This document shows positions 1 to 9,377 of a DNA stretch of 20,000 bases, in pieces (position 1 is the stretch's first letter; the number at the start of each line of letters is the position of its first letter). The DNA lies in NCBI GenBank assembly GCA_051942205.1, contig JAVECO010000041.1:117655-137654 (forward strand), in the 5' to 3' direction. A program made the translations under genes and the position numbers. The notes under the pieces were generated by a model. The model saw only the letters and a list, made by a program, of their open reading frames with translations. It was not told where the DNA came from and searched no databases. This DNA comes from Coniocarpon cinnabarinum (lineage: Eukaryota).

Positions 1-3000
1 TAGCGATGAGCACTCGACATTGATCCTCTTTGTTCCTCACATATGCATCCTTGAGTTGTCGAATTGCGCGCTTTCGGATGCCTGTGGTCGGATCAGCAGT
101 CAAGGTAATCATGGTCTGCAAAAACTCCAGTTCAACTTGCGGCCTGAAAGCGATGCATTTCCCCATTAGCTGCAACGAGGCATCACGAACCATGGTTGAT
201 GAATCGGAGGCGGCGTTGCTGATATGTTTTATGAAGCTGGTGTTCGAGTCAAGCATTGACGGATCTTTCTCGAGGATTTGAATGACGCTCTTTAAACCGC
301 GACTGCGTGTAGTGGCATGTGGACTTGCCAATGAGCGAAGCAAAATATTCGAAAGGCGTACGATGGCTCTGCAAAATGTCATTTGCAACGTCAGAAGCGC
401 ATATGCGGTGCGGGCAACAAATGTAGGAACCTGTTCGAAGTTGCCATGCATCAGTTGGGACTGATCTTCAATCTGTGACAGCAGCCAGCTAGCAAGCGCA
501 TCTGATGGTTGCGAGTCCGTAAATGGATCCTTTTCCTCTGTTCGAGGAGTGGCAGGACTATGACCACGATTTAAGAGACTTTGAGACCATTGCAGAAGCT
601 GATAATTTCGAACATTTTGTAATTGTACGTCATCGTTACTGCGCAGACCAAGGTAATCAGTAGTAAGCCTGTACGGACCGTTCAGGGACATCAAGTCTGC
701 CTCGCTATGCTGATTCTCGTGATATTTCCAACACAATGCAGCAAGTTTGTGCGCTTGTGGGTCGTCGCTAGCCGTCAAGCTCGAGCAAAGATGGACAAAA
801 TGAGTCTTGAGATCTGCGATGCTGGATCCCATGACACCCATTAGGTCCAAGGCCATGTTCTTAGCGGGTGCACCAGTCTTGTCGCCTTCAGCTACTCCGA
901 TGAGGTTTCGAAGCAGACATTGAAGGATCAGCTCGGCCGCTGGCCAGTCGGTGTGACCGAGCACGCTGACAAAATCTTCTGTGAAGATGTCGAGTAGATT
1001 TCGATAAGGCTCGTCACCAGTCTTGCTCGATTTTAAAGCTCGTGCAACGAGATAATGCGCGACGTGATTGGCTGTATTTTGAACGTTCGACCACATCGGC
1101 TTGCTGATGACGGTCAGAGCGGTGACGGGATCCTTACTTGCACGTGCGGATTCTATATTCACTGGCTCCGTTTTCACTGCAGGTTTACGCTTTTTTGGGC
1201 TGACTTCAGACTCAGAATCTTCTTCACTTTGGCTTGACTCTCCTTCAGGTCTTGCGTTAAACCTAGAACGGTGCTGCTTCACTGGAATGTAAGTCGCAGT
1301 GGTTTGAACAAGCTGCATAATCAATGCTGATACAAGTTGAATGGGTTTGCTGTCAATCACTTTAAAATGTCTTGCCGACTGTCGAGCAACTGGTAGCTTC
1401 TCAAGTGATGATAGGATCTCATCAAGAATCGACTTCCTCAAACTAGGAGTCCGGAGGAAAACCCGAGCCAGGCAGTCCATTGCATTGCGTCGTAATGTCT
1501 CAAATCTCTGCACGCCTAGGATGGATTCCTTGTCATTTGAAGCATTCGTCACAAAGATCAGGCTCGTGCACGTGAAATCAATTGTGGTCACTGCCGCCTC
1601 AGACAGCTCTGAAGTAAGCAGTAATTCGCCAAGCAGCTTCAAAATGCGACTGCCACGTTGCATGATAGTTTCCAGCGGCTTGGTGAGCGTTTTGTCGGCA
1701 GCAATGGCTCGTGCGACATCAGACGTTGCTTTAGTTTCAACGATTGGTATGATGCATCCATCGACAACTTGTCTAATAGATTTGGTCAAGCGCTGAAGTA
1801 GCCCTTCTGAAAATAGCTCTTTGTCGGCACGTCCAGCTGTCATAGTCCTCAGAAGGGGTCTAACGGCACTTGTTATGTGCTCTGAAGTGTTGACCAAAGT
1901 CGTGAATTTCTGCATGGAATCGTCCGATGTGTCCTGTGGAAATATAGAGTCATCATCAGCCTTTGAATCAATTACTTTTGCACAAAGCCTTTGCAAACGC
2001 AACAGCGACTCTACGGGCGCTTGCGTGACCTGTTTCATGCTGACCGCTTTGGCAAGAGCACTATCTATGTTTGACAGGGTCACGCTGTTTACGACAAAGC
2101 CGTTCCCATCAGGCATTTGCTCGAAGTGTTGCCACGCGTGCTGTGAAGTAGAGGCTTCCAGTTCTAATCGATCTTCAGCGTCAGTCACAGGCGCGAGCAC
2201 CTGCTCGAATGCACTCAAGGTTGCTTCAGCACGCGCTTTTTGATCAACGTCGACACTGCGCAAGACCTCATTCGCTCTTTGTGACGCTTTGCTGGCAGCT
2301 TCTTCGCGTTTGATCTTCGTTTCTTGCATTTGACGAAGAAGTTCCTCATCTGCACGCGGATCCCGGGGTAGATAATGACCAACATCTCTCGAAGGTGGTG
2401 GTACCATTACCATGGGTGTGCTTGTAGAGGATTTCACACTTGGACTGCCAGAGGGCGTGAGAGGTGCTTGAGGTGGAGGTGCTTGAGAGTCTTTGAAAGC
2501 AGCATGTTGGTTGGCATATTGCGGAGTGAGATGTGCGGATGTGCGGCGAATCTTCTGTGGTGATGGATCACGAACTGTAGGCGACGTCTTTCTTGAATGA
2601 GGCGTAGGGTCTATTAGCTTTTGTTAGCATCTGCAATGTGACGGGGCAGCAGGAGACGTCTCCTTTTCACGCACATCGGAACGAGGCATGAAACGCCCCT
2701 GTGTCCATGAGCCTTCCAGCAAAGGCGCCGATTCTAGGCGCAGTGGGATGTCTGTAATTGGCGGTGCCCCCAGTTGTCGAAGTTTGTGAGGGCGTTGAGG
2801 TCTGGGAGGGCGAGAATGACGGCGGCGCGAAGTTGCTATATACGTTATCATTAGAGGATGAAACCAGCCAGTGTCAATGAACTTACTATTGGGTATATTG
2901 CTCCGACGTCAGCAACCAGCGCAGGTCTTGAAGGGTGGCCGACATGTCTTGGCTCTCGCGAGGATTTTGGGGTTGCTGGACGGTGCGATCCAGATGCTGG

Positions 3001-3279
3001 AGATGGGCCTTTCCAGAGGCATGCTCATGACTGCTGAGCACATCAGTGGAGAGAGTAGAAGGCACTGCTTGGGGAAGAGGTATCGTCTCTAAACAATTGT
3101 TAGGTGAAATCCGGATGGCACAGCAGCTTGAACCTACCCGGATCGAAGGGATTGATTGACGTCAAGGGAGTCCTTTGGAGTGCCTCGTCTAGCCCAGAGA
3201 CCTTTTCTCGCGTACGACCTGCTGAACTGCGGACTCCATCCAATTCCCCACAGTTTGCGACAGCGGCGGGGGAATTCAT
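1..3279 (-). CDS. SCC2: Cohesin loader Scc2/Mis4/NIPBL, 5' part (runs off the left edge of the window). Exons 3279-3138, 3088-2887, 2835-2675, 2610-<1
   Basis: Manual translation of the minus strand. The ATG at 3279 gives MNSP...DEALQRTPLTSINPFDP. Introns 3137-3089 (GTAGGT..CCTAAC..TTTAG), 2886-2836 (GTAAGT..CTAAT..TATAG) and 2674-2611 (GTGCGT..GCTAAC..AATAG) keep the frame. Exon 4 (spot-checked, same frame at each point) has the Scc2-type segments ILDEILSSLEKLPVARQSARHFK..IQLVSALIMQLVQ, KTGDEPYRNLLDIFTEDFVSVLGHTDWPAAELIL and the HEAT motifs SSTMVRDASLQLMGK and DPTTGIRKRAIRQLKDAY. Confidence 0.93.
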
Positions 3280-3569
3280 TGTAGCAAGATGGTACACTCT
3301 ACACCCCCCAGTAAGAGAAGAACGAAAGATGATACAGGGCTACTCTGAGTGTTTCCATTACTCCTGAATGTCTGTCTAATTGTACAAACAGCCAGACAAG
3401 GCAAATGCACTATATCAGAAATAAGTTGTTGACGTTTGGCCGCACTTGCCTCCGCAATTCTATGAAAGTCTTGGCTGCATGACTCGTGCCTTGCATCTAC
3501 CTTGATACATTCGCAAAGGACCTGCCAGCGTCTGTGCAAATTCCCAGAACACGCCGCGCGTCCTCTCAA

Positions 3570-3999
3570 ATGACTGCGATCGGCTCTTTGATGTTTTGCG
3601 ACGATTGCGGAGAGCTTTTGGACGCCAATCCGAGCTCAGAGAACGCGCTTTTGACTTGCGCCGTTTGCGGATCAAAATGGCCAGGTGCGACCATCTTGGC
3701 TACCACTGTTGCCGAATGAACTCAAGACTCACCCAACTGCAGACAAGTCGGCGAAGAGGACAGTCACTAAATCCAAGCCATCAGACTTTCCCTCCGCCAT
3801 ACGCGCCAAACGGTCCCAAATCCAGACCCTGGATCCGAACGATGCGAACGCTCAAGCTGCGACCACTACCATGTGTCCAGGTTGCAATGAAGAGACTGAA
3901 GTCAGATACTACGAGAAGCAGACGCGAAGTGCTGATGAAGGTTCAACCGTTTTCTATACGTGCACGGTGTGCGGGAAGAAGTGGAATACGAATAATTAG
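3570..3999 (+). CDS. RPA12: RNA polymerase I subunit A12.2 (Rpa12), 123 aa. Exons 3570-3684, 3743-3999
   Basis: N-terminal zinc ribbon MTAIGSLMFCDDCGELL..CAVC and C-terminal TFIIS-like ribbon CPGC..QTRSADEGSTVFYTCTVCGKKWNTNN. A 58-bp intron 3685-3742 (GTGCGA..GACTCAC..TGCAG) joins the two ORF-track frames. Confidence 0.95.
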
Positions 4000-4433
4000 T
4001 TTTTGGACAGCAAGCCTCCTGGATCGAAGCCGTCGCCCGATTCTACGACTACTTAGGTAGTCTGATAGGCGTACAAGGCGCAATTGTATGCAAAGAGCCG
4101 TTAGTGCACGGATTCGAGCGATAATGCGAGGAGCGTGACGACGGAAGCTCCTTGCACCTCAGAAAGATTATATTGCAGCGAAAACTTTCGTCGAAGACCA
4201 CTCATAGGACCGACCACCCCCGATAGCGCGCATTATCCAGATTGCGGTGGCTACAGATGGGTAGCAACGCAGCAAGAAGGCTCCGCACGACTTCGAAAAT
4301 CGCGAAAAGCTTAGCAATAAAACTAGAGTCATCAATGCGGAGGGAAGATTGGCCAGGGACCACGCGGCGAAAGACTTGCTAAGCGGGTTTCCACATTCTG
4401 CCACGGCACGGAATCGTCTGCCAGGCGAGGATG

Positions 4434-5486
4434 CTATGCGACTGCAACACCACTCGTTGCGCCATTACTGTCAAGAGTGGCATACTCCGTCTCACCGCTT
4501 CTCTCAAACTCTGCCATGTCCAAGGCTACAATGATACTGTCCTTGACCACCTGCTCTTGATCATGGCGGAAGCTCTCTAGCACCTCCATCACACCTTGCT
4601 CATCACCCAAACTGCCGAGTGCCTCCGCAGCCTCATGCCGCACCATACTCTCTTCCTTCAGGTCGCCCAACACTCGGATGAGACTAGGTATGCTTGCAGG
4701 ATGGCTCAATTGCCCAAAAACGAACGCAATTTCGTGCCTGAATAGCGCCGAGCTGTCCCTGAAGCCTTCTGCAAGCGCTTCCACCGCTGGCACCGCCGTC
4801 GGAAGATCAGGTGGCGAGGCGAGGTCTCTCAGGCCAAACATTGCTCGATATCGCTCGAACAGTGGTAGCCGTGGATTCATCAAATCATGCTTCAGACCGG
4901 GGATATCTGGCTCTTTTTGCTGGCTCTGCAAAGGCGTTGGTGGCGCGGGGTCTATTGAACTGAAATCGCTATCTTTACATTTTTCTGTGTGTCGTTGCTT
5001 CCCATGTTCCCATTGTATGCGCTCGACAGCCAGCTCGCACGTCTCACGAACAACGACGGCCTCCTCTTGATCGTTCCTTCTCTCCGATAATAATGGCAAG
5101 CTTCCTTCATCACCAAGCGCGCCCAGTGCTTCAGCAGCTTCATGCCGGCACATTGAGTCTTCCCCTCTGTCATCTAGCACTTTGCGAAGATGTTTGATGG
5201 CGGCCGGATTCCTGCTCTGACCAAGACAGTAGGCAAGTTCGTGCTTAAGAAGTGCAGAAGGAGACGGGAAAGCAGCTGCTATCGCATCGATGGCGGGGAG
5301 TGTCTGAGGTGTCGGTGGCTGCAGAGCAGCATGGTGCTTGAGCGAAAAGAGGGCGCGAAAACGTTTAGCTAGAGGTGCGGACTCGTTTGTGAGAATTTTG
5401 CCGAGGGCGGGGATGTCGTCTTCATGCGGTTCTTTATTGGAATTGTGCGCGGCATCGATGACGGGCTCTATCTTTGACGGCGCCAT
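4434..5486 (-). CDS. LIA1: Deoxyhypusine hydroxylase (DOHH/Lia1; eIF5A hypusination), 350 aa, intronless
   Basis: HEAT-like repeats with four iron-binding His-Glu motifs: KHELAYCLGQ, RHEAAEALGA, RHEIAFVFGQ, RHEAAEALGS. Also the conserved RFRALFSLK, SDFSSIDPAPP and RYRAMFGLRD segments. Confidence 0.97.
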   Translation of the reverse strand: MAPSKIEPVIDAAHNSNKEPHEDDIPALGKILTNESAPLAKRFRALFSLKHHAALQPPTPQTLPAIDAIAAAFPSPSALLKHELAYCLGQSRNPAAIKHLRKVLDDRGEDSMCRHEAAEALGALGDEGSLPLLSERRNDQEEAVVVRETCELAVERIQWEHGKQRHTEKCKDSDFSSIDPAPPTPLQSQQKEPDIPGLKHDLMNPRLPLFERYRAMFGLRDLASPPDLPTAVPAVEALAEGFRDSSALFRHEIAFVFGQLSHPASIPSLIRVLGDLKEESMVRHEAAEALGSLGDEQGVMEVLESFRHDQEQVVKDSIIVALDMAEFERSGETEYATLDSNGATSGVAVA

Positions 5487-5854
5487 TGAATCAGTGAAGA
5501 ACTCCCTCGAAAAATCAACTTTACTCTCTTGTATGGTCGTGGACTAGAGACTTGTCGAAAACTTTTCTGAATCGTACCCCAGGCGGGGCTGTAGAAGCGG
5601 CAGTTGCCGTGTGCCCCCCACTTAAGTACATTCAGGCAGGGTCGTATTACTGTATAGCCGGTGTAGTTACTTGGATGTTGGAGGTGTACAGTGACTGTGC
5701 CTTGTTGACATTTCAACAGCGCACTGGGGCAGTGCTAGCATTTCTTCATTACGGAAGGTCGCTTTAAACGTGCTGAAGATCATTCAGGTCTAATCTTTGC
5801 CGCAGAACTCTTCATCTCGCGATCCCATCCTCAAGCACAGCGCAACTAAGGACA

Positions 5855-6916
5855 ATGAGTCAAGATGGCGGGCATTCAGTGTTCTTCGAGAGCGAGTCTG
5901 CGACAAACGAAGAAGCGCATGAAATAGCGGACTCGGTAAAGCCTCAGAAATCCAACCTAGATCTCATCAATGAGACCGACAGCTTCCCCTACTACACGAC
6001 CAATCCATCCGCCTATACGCATTACACCGAAACGCACTACCATCTCCTGGTCGCGGATCATATACCCACGCTCGGACTCGTCCTGCCTTCAGTCGCTGAA
6101 GTATTTCGAAACATTCCAGGATGGGAGCTCGACGAGAAACTGCATACACTGACGTTGGTTGCTGGGAAGGATCGTCAATCTCGGTCGGCTGTTGTGGCTG
6201 CGACGGCAGCTGCCATGCGAGCTACTGGACACTTCCAGGTGCTGAGCAAATGGAGGGATGAGCTTTACCCCGTATTTGCGGAAGACGGCACGGTCCTGTT
6301 TGATATTGAGCGAGCTGCGAGTGCTCTCTTTGGGATCGTCACCTATGGTTGTCATATGACCATGTATGTGAAAGAGCAGGTGAATGGAGAAGAGGTCACT
6401 CGCATCTGGGTGCCGAGACGCGCTCGACACAAGGAGACGTACGGCGGAATGCTGGATAATACCGTTGCAGGAGGCCTGAGTTGTGGAGAGACACCTTTCT
6501 CTGGTTTAGTACGGGAAGCCGAGGAAGAGGCCAGTCTTGATCCAGAACTTATTCGCACACGGGCAAAAGCTGCAGGGACGGTCTCATACTTCCACATTCG
6601 AGATGCAAGAGCAGGAGGCGAGAGAGGCCTGCTGCAGCCAGAATGTCAGTATGTGTATGACATGGAAGTTGATACCGACGTCATTCCAAAGCCCAGCGAC
6701 GGAGAGGTAGAGGGGTTCGAATTGATGGGAGTAGAAGAGGTAAAAAAGGCTATGGCACACGGTGAATTCAAGCCAAATTGTGCGCTGGTCCTGCTTGACT
6801 TTTTCATCCGAAGAGGCGACTTGACGGCGGAGGAAGACGATCATTACGCTGAGATCGTGAGTCGCCTGCATAGAGTCCTTGAGTTTCCAACGGCCAGGTC
6901 ATGGAGAACTTCATAG
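5855..6916 (+). CDS. Nudix hydrolase, YJR142W/Tnr3-N-terminal-like ('thiamine pyrophosphokinase-related') family, 353 aa
   Basis: Nudix box GGLSCGETPFSGLVREAEEEASL. Family segments KWRDELYPV, IERAASALFGIVTYGCHMT, IWVPRRA..KETYGGMLDNTVAGG, LQPECQYVYD and EFKPNCALVLLDFFIRRG. No thiamine pyrophosphokinase domain is fused. Confidence 0.9.
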   Translation: MSQDGGHSVFFESESATNEEAHEIADSVKPQKSNLDLINETDSFPYYTTNPSAYTHYTETHYHLLVADHIPTLGLVLPSVAEVFRNIPGWELDEKLHTLTLVAGKDRQSRSAVVAATAAAMRATGHFQVLSKWRDELYPVFAEDGTVLFDIERAASALFGIVTYGCHMTMYVKEQVNGEEVTRIWVPRRARHKETYGGMLDNTVAGGLSCGETPFSGLVREAEEEASLDPELIRTRAKAAGTVSYFHIRDARAGGERGLLQPECQYVYDMEVDTDVIPKPSDGEVEGFELMGVEEVKKAMAHGEFKPNCALVLLDFFIRRGDLTAEEDDHYAEIVSRLHRVLEFPTARSWRTS

Positions 6917-7231
6917 TTTGCAGCTGCCTTCAAGCCCGCAGTGTGGAATTTTGCGGGAACAGATATGCAATATGTCAACAGCATTGCCCGAAATTCACGC
7001 TCTTCATGGCAGCCGTGCTACTATTGTATGCGCATTCTCGCTTTTCGCCAGAGGCACTGACCCGTCGCTCAATGATGCGGCCTCTTCTGTGGTTCGTTGT
7101 TGAGTGTCTTGGTGATCGAGCCTCACGAGCTGCAATACCGAGCGTGAAGCCTCCACAATCATGCGTAATGTTGCAGAATGCTCATTGCTCATGTCTGTTT
7201 AATTTTTCGGTCACGAATTCTCAGTCGAGGT

Positions 7232-7716
7232 CTACTTCTTTACAAGTAGAAACACATGGTCAACCCGCAGACTAGTGAGCTTCTTGAAAGGCCCTCGAAT
7301 ATCCATCAAGAGCCCGCCAAATGACACGTAGATTCGTCTACAGCATGGTCAGCAACGATCATGCAAGGTAAGCGGATTGCCACTCACAATTGGCCTTCTG
7401 TCTCCGTATCAAAGCGATAAATCTTGCCGCGACAGACATAGTCATACATGTCTGCCAACGACTGTTCCCCGCTGCGTGTGAACTCTTTCCAGCCCTTGCT
7501 GTCATCCTTTGTGCCATCCAGATTCAGAGTGCTTGCCAGGACCACCTGCAGCTCGTTACCGACCTCGACGTCGAAAAGCTCTTTGTTGATATCGAGTGAC
7601 ATTTCTGTATCGCGCGCGAGTGACTCGGTTTGCAGGCGGGAAACACGTTCATACTTGCCGCTTTCGATGCCAATGACCGTGAAAGTGTCGTCGTAAAGCT
7701 GAGAATCACTCGACAT
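7232..7716 (-). CDS. RPB8: RNA polymerases I/II/III common subunit Rpb8 (RPABC3), 144 aa. Exons 7716-7388, 7337-7232
   Basis: MSSDSQLYDDTF..KYERVSRL..LDINKELF..SLADMYDYVCRGKIYRF. A 50-bp intron 7387-7338 (GTGAGT..GCTGAC..TGTAG) leads into LRIYVSFGGLLMDIRGPFKKLTSLRVDHVFLLVKK*, which contains the invariant GGLLM motif. Confidence 0.97.
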
Positions 7717-7831
7717 CGCAACTCTGGCTGAGGAAGCGCTATTGCAAGTTTTTGCGACACAACCCAAGCTCTACCAATTGTTAGAGCTATTGAGATCCTT
7801 ATGGCTCAATTGCTTCTGGACTAGCTCGAAC

Positions 7832-7843
7832 AGTCACGTGACT
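7832..7843. promoter_or_regulatory. Palindromic extended E-box (AGTCACGTGACT), candidate Cbf1-type bHLH site upstream of RPB8
   Basis: Perfect 12-bp palindrome containing RTCACGTG, ~115 bp upstream of the RPB8 ATG. Function is inferred from the motif only. Confidence 0.45.
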
Positions 7844-8057
7844 ATACATCAATGGAAGTCATCTTGTACCTACATTTACACTGCACTGCACCCGAGGATC
7901 ACAAGCGGAGATTTTCCTAGGAGACTCATTCTATTCTTTTTACGCGTCACTTCGCCTACAGAATTGCGTACGGCCTTACCTTGCGTTGTCGTCGCACATA
8001 GTCGAACGACTTTCGTTTTTACTCCTTGGCTTCATTGAATTATGATGAGTTATTGAC

Positions 8058-8668
8058 TTACATAGGCATAGAATGCATCTCCTCAATCGTCCAATACTTC
8101 CGCATATTGGGCGCAGCTAAAGTCGCGACTTCTTCATCCAAATGAGTCCACAACACGTTCCCCCATTTCTGCATACATTCTCGTACCTCCTCACGGCGAA
8201 AATCACGGCTGCCATCCCGACACTGATTTAGATACTCCTCAAGCTCATCCATTCCCTTATGAATCTGTTTGTGCTGCTCCAGGTGTGGCGCGTTTGGCCG
8301 AAACTCTGGCATTCGCTCCGCCAGATATGGGAAGATGTATCGTTCCTCGATGTCGTGATGTAACGTGAGATGGGAAATGAGACTCAACCCAGTGTTGATG
8401 AGGACGGAAGCAGTCAGAGGTTTGGAGCTTTGGTCTTGAGAACAAGCTTCCCAGAGGATGCGCCATTGTTGTCGGAAATGGTCGTGCTTAGTCACGTGAC
8501 TGAGTCAGCAGAAAGCTTCTCGAGGCGATTCATCGAGGATACACTCACATATCGGTTCATGTGTACTGACATGTGATTATAAATTTGCCAGTCTCTGGCA
8601 GATAGTTTGGGAGCATTGCCAGAAATTGACCCTGCAGCGTTTTCTTCACTAACGTCAACCGCCGTCAT
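8058..8668 (-). CDS. Hemerythrin/HHE cation-binding domain protein, ~182 aa. Exons 8668-8549, 8486-8058
   Basis: Metal-ligand pattern HDHFR..HLTLHHDIEERYIFPYL..EQHKQIH..HLDEEV. A 62-bp intron 8548-8487 (GTGAGT..GCTGAC..TAAG) joins the upstream frame PKLSARDWQIYNHMSVHMNRY to HDHFRQQW in phase 0. Confidence 0.88.
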
Positions 8669-8845
8669 ACTGGGATGCAAAGAAGCTTGTGAGTATGTAC
8701 AAGGTCTGCTGAATGTATAATAGCTAAATATGCACGCATAGCTAACTTATAAAAATGTCTTAGGTGCGGCGCCCTTCTTGATTCTTAAAGTTTCGCAGGT
8801 TCCAGATTTGTAAAGGATGCGGATCAATTCCACGCCTTACAAAGC

Positions 8846-8853
8846 CACGTGAC
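8846..8853 (-). promoter_or_regulatory. GTCACGTG (Cbf1-type E-box) upstream of the hemerythrin gene
   Basis: CACGTGAC on the + strand, ~180 bp upstream of the ATG at 8668. Confidence 0.35.
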
Positions 8854-9377
8854 CTTTCTAGCAGTGACGTTGCTTCCGTCCAACAATGTCAGATCCGAAC
8901 TTAGCTTCATTGCACATCGCGTCTCGAGTCCAAGAAAGACTGTAGCCGGGAACGGTCGGTGCTCGCTCTTCTAAACTATGAGTACTTTCTCAATCCTCAA
9001 GATCTGGAGCTGGGGTTTCCTGTCCTGCTGTGCATCAAAATACTCATCAACTCTTGCAAGGTGAAAATAGCTGTGTTTGATATCTTGCCCGCGTGCTTGC
9101 CTGCGCAAAGGGTCAACGACAGGCTACAGCAGCTTGGTCGTTGACAGTTTCACACCTGCTTATGGAGTCGTGCGCGGAGCCTGAACAAAGAGCCACAGCA
9201 TGAGGACAATCGGAGCCATGAAGCCATGAGTATTGCGGCGAAAGTCATCTATGCACCACAAAGCACTGCATGCGGCAGCCACTATCCTTCGAGGCCGTTG
9301 CGCACGTTGAATACAACCTTTTTTGAAATGTTACATGATTCATACAGTCCTTGGCAATCTTTAGCAGGTTCATTTGT

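Noticed and set aside
30..2563. Multiple + strand ORFs of 60-151 aa
   Set aside because: Antisense shadows of the SCC2 coding exon, with no recognisable motifs.
4168..4404. 78-aa minus-strand ORF downstream of DOHH
   Set aside because: Non-ATG start, located in the probable 3' UTR between convergent genes, and no recognisable domain.
5552..5854. Possible TPP riboswitch upstream of the thiamine-related Nudix gene (GCTGAAGATC..GGTCTAAT..GCCG)
   Set aside because: It lacks the CUGAGA and AUACC cores and the paired stems of the TPP aptamer, and no associated intron is evident.
6879..7275. ORFs of 62-124 aa between the Nudix gene and RPB8
   Set aside because: They overlap gene ends or UTRs and have no protein-like features.
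8042..8048. ATGATGA box C-like motif suggesting a C/D snoRNA
   Set aside because: The downstream sequence is antisense to the hemerythrin CDS, and there is no properly spaced box D with a terminal stem.
8971..9123. Protein-like minus-strand open frame (..VVDPLRRQARGQDIKHSYFHLARVDEYFDAQQDRK..)
   Set aside because: About 50 codons, bounded upstream by stops, with no ATG and no convincing branch site to link it to an upstream exon.
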